Shown in pieces: positions 23,181 through 34,429 of a stretch of 64,000 nucleotides of DNA; within the stretch, counting starts at the first letter, position 1, and the number at the start of each line of letters is the position of its first letter. Source of the DNA: Selaginella moellendorffii (Eukaryota > Plantae > Lycopodiophyta). Made by a program: the position numbers and the translations under genes. Where the stretch lies: positions 2,435,181 through 2,499,180 of the forward strand of contig NW_003314265.1 of the NCBI RefSeq assembly GCF_000143415.4. Reading direction: 5' to 3'. Below the pieces are notes generated by a model. That model was not told the origin of the DNA. It was given only the letters and a program-made list of their open reading frames with translations, and made no database searches.

Positions 23181-26100
23181 TGTTCCTTAGTTCAACTTTT
23201 ATTGGTGCTCAAGTATATCACTATTGATATTGGCATTGGAAGGTCCTAGGAGTGGGCCTATCCTTGAGGAGTAGCATGTCGAGAGGACATGGCTCCCCAC
23301 TCAAGTTCATGCGTGAACTTGGGCGCGATGTGGTGGATAGAAAAGGGCCAGTAAGGGAATGACTTTGGGATCTTGGGAACAGTATAAGGGTTTCCTCAGA
23401 GAGTTGAGGATGTGATCCAAATGAGTGTTTGACGTAGCCAACTAGCTAATGTAGTGGTGGTAAACAATTATAGTCAGGATCACGAGAAAGATAGAGACTC
23501 CAAAGCAATAAAGGAGTCACAAGATTATCCTCATATAGTTGAGGTTGGTGCTCAGGAATGTGAGACCAGAAGTAATGACTGCGGGAGGTCAAATACGGAA
23601 AAGGACACAAGTCCTTGAAATGGTAGCCGGAGCTACCTCTAATAAATGCTGGAACAACCTAAGGAGTTGGGGGTGTACTCAAATGATGAGTTGGTATTCT
23701 CATCATATGGACAAGTGGTCATAAGGGGCAAAAGGTTGCCCCTAGAGAACAAATCAAGTGTCGAAGTAACACTTGCAAAAGATGGTCCTTGTGAGTAGGA
23801 CATGAATACAAAGAATTGTATTCCAGTGAGCTAGCACGTCAAAAGTAGGACCTTATGGGTCGTCAGATTAATAAAGTCCAAAAGGTTGAATGACTCCAAT
23901 AAAGTCAAGGAATAATCCTAAGGGCTTGAGGAAAGCATTTGGACTAAGGTGTGTGGTGCCCCACAAAGAATAGGGAGGATCTTGAGATCCAAGCATGAGA
24001 GTAGTATGTATCTCATTGATGGCAGAAGGTGCCATGCTAAAGTCGTGGGAAAGAGTTCCCTAGAAGAAAATAACTTTGACACAAAGTTGTGCATGAACTC
24101 TATGGTGCAGTGCTAATGGATAGTTGGTATGAGAAACGACTGGGTTGGTCTTGGCAAAGACTTAGACACAAGTGCAAAGTGTCATAAAGGCAAACACATC
24201 GAGCCGATGGTGTGGAGACACCAAATGGGCCAAGATGTGATGCCTTGAGGTTATGTTGATGGGTTCATGAGAACCCTTGGCCAAGGGAATCCCAATGGAA
24301 ATGGGAATGGCATAGCCTATGCTGGAAGGCATGTGGTTGAAGTGTGGTGACCCAGATAATGATGGAAGTGTGGAAGCACCAAGCAATGAGTTGTAGGACT
24401 TGACAACTATGAGGCAACTAAGCATGAGGTGCAGGTAATTGGTTAAACGGGTAGAAGGTAGCTACCCAAGACTTTTTAATGGTATAAAAAAGTTAAATAT
24501 ACCCTTATTGGGGATAAGTTGCTTATGTTGCGATATAGAAGGTCAATGTCATAAAAGGAAATGGTCATTATCAAGGACGCCATCATTGGGATACCCAAAC
24601 ACTCTAGAACCCCAAGAGGTGGTGTTTAGAGTCACAAGGGCATTAGATAAATCCTAAGGGACTAAGTCCTTAGTGAATGATGGATAGGAGGTGCTATCTA
24701 AACATCCAAGGTTCTGGAGACAGAAGAAATCCGTCTACCCAATTTGGACAAAGCCAAAAATGGGATTTTGGCAAGGCTAGTAATGGGCATATAGAGGCCC
24801 ATAAGTAGCAATGTTAATCCCGGTATATGGGATTATAAGGTGAGCATGCCCAAATTGAGGAACCATTCCCTAAGCTATTGGGTAGGTTCATCCCTATGAA
24901 TATTTGCTAAGGCATGGTAGAAGGTGCAAAACTATCCTCCTAGTTTGGAAGAGAATAACCAAAGGAAACATATGAGGCCAAAGGCAAGTAGTATTGGGAT
25001 GGAATCAAACTATAGAAATCGAAGGGCATAACCAACGGTGGTTATGCAAGTTGGCAATGGAGAATCAAGAGGGTGCTCAAGAATGTTGCTACTAGCAACC
25101 ACGATGCCATGGAGAGTCTAAAATGTGGAATTATTCATGTTAGACCATATGGGGAGTGGGGAGCTTGCGAAGGAGAAGCTTTAGCAAACTAAGGAACAGA
25201 GTTCCTTGAAGGTTCCCAAAGACAATTTTAAGTAGATAAATACCTAGAAAGCCAAGTGTAAATGGTTCCTAGAGTGCGCGAAATCAGAATGGCACCGCAG
25301 AAGCGTGGTCTTGAAGTTGGCCATGAGGCGAGGCTATCAAGGTTGGGGAAGTAGTCCCCAAGAGTTCAAAGAGAGGGCTTTGAACGAAAGTCGATGGCTA
25401 AGGACTTTCACGCTTATGCATGAACCATGTTACGGTGGTCGAATGACTTGCTAAATGAGATTGGCAAGTTAGGGGGACAAATACCCTAGTTGAGATGCTA
25501 ACTTCAAAAGGGGTGGCCCATGAGGCCAAGCATGGAGGAGTCCATGCATGATCACAAACTTGTCAAATGAGAAGACTTGGTAGGGTGGAGGAACTAAGTT
25601 CCTAAGCTGTGATCTATAGCGCACTTTAAATATAAGTTAGTGCACCAGCGTGGGGAGTCATGCCAGGCATCCGGTATGATGCCGTCTGTAGATGCATATA
25701 CGGAGGTTGGGTTCGAGTCCCGACCCTCTAGTGCTTGGGTTCGAGTCCCAAATCACTAGGGCGTGGTGATGGTTTGGAATATGACACTCATTTTTCGGTG
25801 GTCATGGACTCTCAGTGAGGAAACTAGTTTGGGCACACCGCCAAGCAAGGGATGCCTCGGAGTCGTAATGCACGGTTAGATTGCTTAGTGTGGCTCAACA
25901 TATCTAACTTGAACACTTAGTGTGAGTGGCACCAAGGATGTGGTGAATGAGATGGGGACACCCAGTCTCAGTTGCTATAGACCTTTAGTCGTAAGGGCTG
26001 GCTTGGGTGCACCGCCAAGTGTGGGGGATGCCCCCGGGGTTATGTTCAACAATTTGAGGGTCTAGAAGACCAAGTACCTATTGGCAACTCTGTTAAGGTG

Positions 26101-28032
26101 CCAAGGTGAGATCACTAGGTGATCTTGTGGCCAAATAAGGACACGGTCCTTGGTTGGCTAAGAAATGAAGTTCCCGGTTCAAAGTGTTGATTTGAACTGT
26201 TTATGATGGTGTGGCTTGGTCAAGATGACCAAGTGGGAAAAGCACCTAAGAGAAATAAGTTATGTCCATGCGATGGCATGGTGAGTCCGAGGAAAGTAGT
26301 CTCTATAAGAGACCCGTGAGAGGGTCATAAAATTGGGCCATAGATAAAGCCCATAGTAGAAAATGCTAAAGAGATGTACTAGGGGTGAACACCCTCTGGA
26401 CTTGGCAAAGCAAAAGCCTTCGCTATAGAACTGAAAGGATACCTCGGGAATGGAGGTAGCGATCCTATGTTGCTAGGTGCAACAATCAAGGATAGGAGCA
26501 AAAGACTAATGGCTAAGAAAGAGCCATGGGAATCATGGGGAAAAATCCAAATGGCAAAGTTAGGCTAAAAACACTAATGTGTTGGGTGCTAACGGATTGT
26601 GGGAAAGGCAATGTTTTCCCAAGAATGGATTCCCAACCGCTCCGATTTGGTGAAAGTGGAAGCTCCAAGGGGGGAGTAGTAAGGTAGCCAAATAATAAGG
26701 CCATGGGCAGCCCTAACACAAATTATAATAACTGGAACTTAGTGCCAAAGGAGGCACGATATAGAAGAGAGGATGATGGTGCCCTCAACTAGAGAACTTC
26801 TTAGGATGGGGAAGTGGAGTTGCACAATATGTGCAATGCAAGGTGTTGGAGACACCTAATAAATTGACTTTGAGAAGTCAAAAGTAAAAGTTCCAAAGTG
26901 CAAAAGTTATCTCTATGGAAACTAAGACTATTTGAGGAGTAATGGACTAAGATAGAGACGGTGTCTTTAATAGGTTTAGCAAAGACTAAATCAATAAACG
27001 GAGAGAACCAACACAAGTGGTTGAATAAGCCTCTAAGTTGAAGAGACTATGCTCCTTAGAGGATGGACAAGGCATGGTGAGCCTTCGGTGTCAAACCATA
27101 GATAAATATTGGCTGGGTGCCAAGGATGGAAAGGGTAATACATGTAGGTGTTACTTTATAAAAGGGTTTACTGTTCGATGAGGACATTGAACTTCGTCTA
27201 TGGGTGGTGGAGTTGTGAGACACAAAATCCCTAGGCCCCAAAGTGGAGCCGGAAGGGCGCCACGTGGTAGTGGCCGAAGCGAAAGCCAAACAAGCGTAAC
27301 ACGTTTGGACTAAAAGCTCCGCCTTGAAAGGTCGAGAGCGGGAGTGGAACTCCCAACAAAGTGCTCGAGGAATGAGTACGAAGCGAGCAATAAGCGAGGC
27401 TCTAAAAAGGGACCCAAAAGGACCGAGACGGAGTTCGAGATGGAGTCCGAGATTTAGTCTGAGATGGAGTCCAAGACGGAGTCCGAGATGGAGTCCGAGA
27501 TGGAGTCCGAGACGGAGTCCGAGATGGAGTCCGAGATGGAGTCCGAGATGGAGTCCGAGATGGAGTCCGAGATGGACCCGAGATGGAGTCTGAGATGGAC
27601 CGAGACAGAGTCCAAGATGGAGTCCGAGATGGACCCGAGATGGAATCCGAGATGGAGTCCAAGAAGGACCCGAGATGGAGTCCGAGGTCGAGACCGAGAC
27701 CGGGATCGAGACCGAGACCAAGACTAAGACTGGGACCGAGACCGAGACCGAGACCGAGACCGATTTAGTCTGAGATGGAGTCCAAGACGGAGTCCGAGAT
27801 GCAGTCCGAGATGGAGTCTGAGACGGAGTCCGAGATGGAGTCCGAGATGGAGTCCGAGATGGAGTCCGAGATGGACCCGAGATGGAGTCTGAGATGGACC
27901 GAGACAGAGTCCAAGATGGAGTCCGAGATGGACCCGAGATGGAATCCGAGATGGAGTCCAAGAAGGACCCGAGATGGAGTCCGAGGTCGAGACCGAGACC
28001 GGGATCGAGACCGAGACCAAGACTAAGACTGG

Positions 28033-28063
<31 letters not shown>

Positions 28064-29679
28064 CCCGAGCCCGAGCTCGAGTCCGAGCCCGAGTCTGAGC
28101 CTGAGTCCGAGCCCGAGGCCGAGGCCGAGACCGAGTTCGAGTCCGAGTCCGAGTCCGAGTCCGAGTTCGAGTCTAAGAGGGTGAAAGCCCAAAGCGTTCG
28201 TCTCCTAGACCTTGGGGGGTTTGGTGAGCTCCAAAAGTATAGTAAGGTGGAGGACTATAGTGGAGCCAGTTTGGCCAGGAAAGGCCAGTTTGGCCCAAGA
28301 AGGCTGTACCCAGTGTTGGGTGATGAGCTGCCCACTGGGAAGTCCAAGACTAAAGTGAACACGGACCGACAAACGGGGTAACTTGGTGAAGTGTTCAAGA
28401 GCCGGCTCTAGTTCCCCCAGGAGATCGACTGGCCGATACTCCCAATCCAAGTGTGGGTGGCACTACCTACTTGGATACCAGGCATGGCTCAACGGAACTT
28501 CACTCTAAGCCCATGGCTAGAGCACCTAAAGGCGGAAGGTGGGGAGAGTACCCACAAGGCTTGCGTAAGGCCACGGTGTTCCGAAATGTTGTCCTAAAGG
28601 CCCAGATTGTGGAAAGGAAGAGGAATAGGCCTTTGGTGTAGTGACCAAGGATACAGTCATGCGGTGAGGAAGTCCTAGAGGACTGTGGGACTTAGTGGTC
28701 GGGCTTGTGGGCCTTGATCCAGTGGCAGTGTTAGCGAATACGGCCAAGGGCAAAAAGGGACTCGGTGGGGACTAGAAAGGAGATATTGGGGAAGGCTATT
28801 CCTCATGTTTGCGGGCATCCTAAGGATGCTAAGGAGTGGATCTGGGATGACCACTCATGGATGGCCCAGTCTTGGAGAGACGGGATTGCAATGAAGGTGG
28901 TGTTGGACCACCGATGTGACTAAGGTGATTGGGCATGGCCTAGCGTAACGAGCTGGTATGTGATGGAACTGAACCACGGAGCAACTCCCGAGCATAAAGC
29001 CCAAGGAGCGAAGGGACAGGAGCCTAGAGCGACTTGGAACAGTCCTAGAGTAACCAACATTCCAATGCCAAGACCAGCATGTAAGAGACTAAATTTTTCT
29101 ATTTTACTTTAGTCACTTAACCGCACCTTCGACCACTTGGAGGAGTCTCATTCACAACCTCCATAAGTCCCACTCAGGACTTGGGGTTTGCTAGCCCCGA
29201 GAATGGCATCCATGCCACTTAACCTTTGCACTTGGTCTAAGTGCTCCATGTGTTCGGTCCCATGACCAACACCCCAAGGCACCACACTTGGGAGTTTGGC
29301 ACCGTTCCTTCATTCAGTGGCCCAAGGCCCTGAACCTTGGGTTCCGCACCACTGTCCTTTGGACATGTGGCATATGACACATGGCATATGTCACGTGGCA
29401 TAAAGAAGGTTTAGGTTCCGCTTCGTGGTGTTATCCTCTGGTAAAACACCATAGGATAAAGGTCAAAACCACATGTGCTATACTTGTGTTTTATTCCTTT
29501 GCTTTTCTTATAGTTTACAATCTATTTTTGATATCTTTTACTTACAAAATTTTCTTGCGAGAGCAGATATAAATCAAGCTTGACTACCTGAAACTTCCAA
29601 CAAGGGACTTGAACTTAAAATGCCACAGGTTTTCTTTGCATTACAAGTTAGATGTTATAATATTTTTGCTTTTTATTTT

Positions 29680-32600
29680 AGAGGAAGCACCGAGGCCAGC
29701 CTCAATGGTCTTGGTCTTCAGGAAAAGGCAGCTGCCTTGATCACTATGGGTTTGGCCGATTGAGTGGAGATTAATCGCTTTAGTCACTTAACCGCACCTC
29801 CGATTGAGTGGAGATTAACCACTCCCTTTTAGTCTCTGGCTGTGTTCGCCAACACTGCCACTAGATCAAGGCCCGCAGGCCTGACCACTAAGTCCCACTA
29901 TCCTTTGGGACTTCCTCACCATGTGACCATATCCTTGGTCACTGCATTAGAGGCCTACTCCTCTTCCCTTTCACCGTTTGGGACTTTGGGACAACATTTC
30001 AGAACACCGTGGCCTTACCCAAGCCTCATGGGTACTCTCCCCGCCTTTTGCCTTTTGGTGCTCTAGCCATGGGCTTAGAGCGAGGTTCCATTGAGCCACG
30101 ACAGGTATCCAAGTAGGTAGTGCCACCCACACTTGGACTGGGAGCATTGGCCAGTCGATCTCCCGGGGGAACTAGAGCCAGCTCTTGAACACTTCACCAA
30201 GCTACCCCGCTTGTCGGTCTGTGTTCACTCTAGTCTTGGACTTCCCAGTGGGCAGCTCATCACCCAACACTGGGTCTGGCCTTCCTGGGCCAAACTGGCC
30301 TTTCCTGGCCAAACTGGCTCCACTGCAGTCCTCCCCCTACTATACTTTTGGAGCTCACCAAACCCCCTAGGGTCTGGGAGACGAACACTTTGGGCTTTCA
30401 CCCTCTCAGACTCGGACTCGGGCTCGGACTTGGACTTGGACTCGGGCTCGGTCTCGGCCTCGGCCTCGGTCTCGGTCTCGGTCTCGGCCTCAACCTCGGT
30501 CTCGGTCTCGGTCTCGATCCCGATCTCGGTCTCGGTCTCGGTCCCGATCTCGGACTCGGTCTCGGTCTCGGTCCCGGTCTCGACTTCGGACTCCATCTCG
30601 GGTCCATCTCGGACTCCATCTTGGGTCCATCTCGGACTCCATCTCGAGTCCATCTCGGACTCCATCTCGGGTCCATCTCGGACTCCATCTCAGACTCCAT
30701 CTTGGGTCCATCTCAGACTCCATCTCGGGTCCATCTCGGACTCCATCTCGGACTCCATCTTGGGTCCATCTCGGACTCCATCTCGGACTCCATCTCGGAC
30801 TCCATCTCGGACTCCATCTCGGACTCCACCTCGGGTCCATCTCGGGTCCATTTCGGGTCCCTTTTTGGAGTCTCGCTTATTGCTCGCTTTGTGCTCGTTC
30901 CTCAAGCCCTTTGTTGGGAGTTCCACTCCCACTCTTGACCTTTTCAAGTCGGAGCTTTTAGTCCAAACGTGTTACGCTCGTTTGGCTTTCGCTTCGGCCA
31001 CTACCATGTGGCACCCTTTCAGCTCCACTTTGGGGCCTAGGGATTTTGTGTCTCACAGTTAGTGACTACTGAACTTGAGGATAAATGGGATCCTATATGG
31101 TTGCGAAAGTCTCGTGAGTTTGATGGATTCTTATGACAACATGTGGAGACAACAAGGTTCATTGGAAAGCTCTTTTGGGTGATCGATGGAAACCATAGGT
31201 GGTTGGCATTTTGGAAATGCATTCAAGAGAAGTTCCAAGATGACGAAGAACAATATATTAGTGTTCCAGTCACATTTGTGGAACTAATGACTCGGGAGCA
31301 CACTGTGAAGTTCAACATGGCATGCCATAAGATCAACATGTAAGAATTTATTTTTTGTAAACTTAGCCAATATTGTGTTTTTGCAGGCTAAACCAATTTG
31401 TGTTTCAAGCTCATACATTGGTACATGACATTGAGCACCTTTGGTTTATCGGTATACTCTCGCTAGAGGAGGTCCAAACATTGTACAATCGTGAGGTATT
31501 TGAAGCAATTCAAGTGAAGCTAGCAGCTAGGAAAGGCCAAAAATTGTAAACTTGGTACCAGCTACCACTTGATTTTCTAGTTGCTGTCTGGGCGAAAGTA
31601 AATTAGTATTGAAGTATGTATCAACTTACATAATGTTTCTTACAGCCCATAATCAAAGGAGAAAGAGTGTCATTCTTTAAAAATGCCCGAGGGGACGAGC
31701 AGCAGAAGAAGATGGAGTGGTATACGATTGAGTAGTGAATTTTGAATACAAAGAGAATAAAGGTGAAAAAGTTGCTCTCGATTGCAGACATATGACGCGG
31801 GCAGGAATGGCTTGATAGCATTGCAGAGATTTGTTCTTGTGTTTGTAAGTTCTTCTAAAATTTCTGAAACATTTCATAACTCTTTGTGTGTGTAGGAACT
31901 GATAAAGCACCGAAGGAACTCATTTACAACATCTCCAAGAGTAAAATGTCCTTTGTTGAACAAAGTGTCTACTTGGAACTTCTCAACACTTGGCTGTGAA
32001 ACAACAAAAAACGCTGCGAGATAAAGATGGAGAAGGTGATGAAGGAGAAGGCATACATTTCTTAGAGTATTGCCGCTGATGAGGAGATGCTACAAGTTTG
32101 GGACAAGAAGTTTCTTTCCAGCACCTGCACAGGTATCACTCTCAAAGAATATATTCGTGCTTGTCTTGCGGAGCTAGGGAATGGTTGGCTTCCATGTGGT
32201 GGGACGAGTTCGGCTGAGTTCAAGAATCAACTAGGACAACCATTTCTTGCGAGGCACATGATTTATAGATATTTTCTCAATTCTCATTTATATATTGGTA
32301 TTTATATTTTTGTTTTACTTTGTAGATATTTAAAATATTGCCCCGGCATACCGGTATACACAACCGGTGTTTTGCAGAAGCTCCTGACTAGAGGCAAGAA
32401 GCTTGGGATGTATGAGCCAGAGTTCTACTGTCCTTGTACACATGAGAGGGAGCTATGCCCGTAGTACCTTGAACTCGTGGAGCAGATGCTGACATCGGAC
32501 TTTGAGCTAAATCTCTACCTTGAATGTCATCTAGGTTCACTTGAAACTCAGCACTTGGCTAGGAAATATTAACCTTGAGTTATATTCTTATTTTCCAGAG

Positions 32601-33860
32601 GCTCTTTTTGACTATGATAACGACGTTGTTGAAGTTCAACAACTAAACCCAGACACTTAAGAAACCATTCAGAAAATGCCAAATCCAAATACCATTAAAC
32701 TAGAGGAAACTGTACAGGAAATTCCAGCATAAGAGATTCCAGTCCCTACTCCTCGCAACCCCCGAAGGGGCCATCATAAAGCCTTTCATGAGAGTAAGGA
32801 CTTTGATTTGGAACATTCTTTTATTCATTCTTGACTTCACTTTTTTTTATAGATGTTGCAAAGAGCAGCCATCAATCTTCTCAGTGGACTAAGATATTCT
32901 TCCCATCCCTCCCTATGGCTACAAATGACAACCTAGAAGAGCTCTCCTCTACAACTATGCATAAACAGGTTAGTAAGCATGAATTTTATCTCCAACTTTT
33001 AGTTCTAATAATTGAATTTTAGGTTCGCCCTCTATCCCCAACGGGCAGTGTTGGGGAAGTTGTTGTTCTCATTGGGGATTACACACAGCTTTTAGATGCT
33101 ACTAATCAGGAGCTCTACATGCTTGATTGGTGGATCCATGGTCTGGGTCAGCTCACACCTTATGGGAAGATTAATTTCATCTTTTTCGATCTTCCCGATG
33201 GAATGCAACCATCGTAGGGGGATACTCCGTCATGGAATGTGTTGCAGGCCCAACACATTTCCCAAGCCTTAAAGGTTGTGAGCAGCTTCATGACATACGA
33301 GGGTGTGGTTATCATGATCCTTCCCCGCTCTCTAATGTGGGAAGGCTTTCTCACACACTTGGCTGACAACGATGATGGATTTGTTGAGTTTTCATTTGGC
33401 TGCCTTCTTTCGAGTATGGCGGTGGACATAAAAGGCACTAGTGGGCAGAAGTGAAAGGTGTGTGTCTTCTTCATTTATAAATTAACTCTATTCTAATTTT
33501 TTCCAGATTTATTCCTGGAACTACCATGCTCTATGCCACATTGGGAACTAGCATAATGCCACACTAGTTGATGAGCGTGTTGCTCTTGCTTTACCAGGAT
33601 ATGACAACTCTACAAACATCATCCCAAATGTGATTGACTCGAACATTCTTCACCCAACGTTCCCTGGTTATTGACATTGTTTGGTCATGGCCATACAAAT
33701 CTTGTTGGAGTTATTCTGTCCGCCAAAGGGGATTGTGCTTGATGCTATAGCAGGATTTGGATCAATGGTGCAGGCAGCGAAAGAGACAAGCCAAGCTGTT
33801 TTTGCACTTGAGAAGGAGGGTGCCTTTGAGGACATTCTTATGAGATTTTGCAACAGGTGA
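29680..33860 (+). pseudogene. ParB/Srx-domain + beta-class N4C/N6A DNA methyltransferase fusion (spliced, decayed)
   Basis: FWVIDGNHRWLAFWKCI (DGNHR at 31185-31199). Later VLIGDYTQLL...INFIFFDLPDG (DPPY-like motif IV, 33188-33199), then FPGY...LLELFCPPKGIVLDAIAGFGSMVQAAKETSQAVFALEKE (motif I, 33735-33764). It has short introns and multiple stops; the 5' end is uncertain. Confidence 0.75.
29779..31057 (-). mobile_element. Truncated/rearranged family-A LTR inside the ParB-MTase gene
   Basis: Reverse complement of the LTR start (…GTCTCACA at 31057). The other end is deleted, with a short duplicated CCGATTGAGTGGAGATTAA. Confidence 0.85.
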
Positions 33861-34429
33861 TGTTAGTGCTTGAAATAATCTATAATATTTATTCTCAAAT
33901 GTTTCTATGTCATTAGGTTTAGACTTATCACACACAGTGTTTCAGTCCATACGCTTGATCTTGATGATATGGATGATCATATGGACCGAAGTCAATTCCA
34001 CTTACATATTTATGCTGAATGTATGGCACAACATTACATACAACATGAGCCTATAGTGAAGGAGCATTCCACTATACCCATTTCTACTTTTCTGGATATA
34101 GAAGTAGAAGAAGATTGGATATATTCTGATTTTAATATAAATTATGTTGTTTAATATATTATTTTCTTTCTTTGTAGACTAAAAGATTAATTCGTGTCGA
34201 ACCAATAATCTACATGAGCTTATGGAATACTTTAAACACCTAGATTTTATGTTAAAAATTCTTGGTTCGGGACGAACTAAGGTAGTGCCATTAAACTTTC
34301 GCTAGTTAGGGGATTGTATTGACTTCCTTTGACTTTTGTTGACTTTCATTAACTTGAGCTCAGCTCAAAAACTACCCAGCCCCATATAAAAGAGTTTAGT
34401 CAATTGTTTCAAAGATGCAATATAAATAA

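Larger units (their letters stand above)
21462..29285 (+). mobile_element. Non-autonomous LTR retroelement, family A (5' LTR 21462-23165; 3' LTR from 27214 with its end inverted)
   Basis: The LTR runs TGTGAGACA...CTTACA, followed by a PBS, with a purine-rich tract before 27214. TSD is TGCTG (21457-21461 and inverted 29075-29079). The ~4-kb internal region has no recognisable gag/pol. Confidence 0.85.
20642..29482 (-). mobile_element. Solo LTR of family B (~1.1 kb), interrupted by the family-A element
   Basis: It starts TGTCGCG and ends TGTGCTATA, with TSD CTTGT (20637-20641, 29483-29487). Homologous to 52812-53449. Confidence 0.8.

Noticed and set aside
21403-31062. Many long ORFs (MESE, SDSI, LGLH, PRWS repeats), also at 54314-55404
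   Set aside because: Stop-free artefacts of the 12/6-bp LTR minisatellite, open in nearly all frames.
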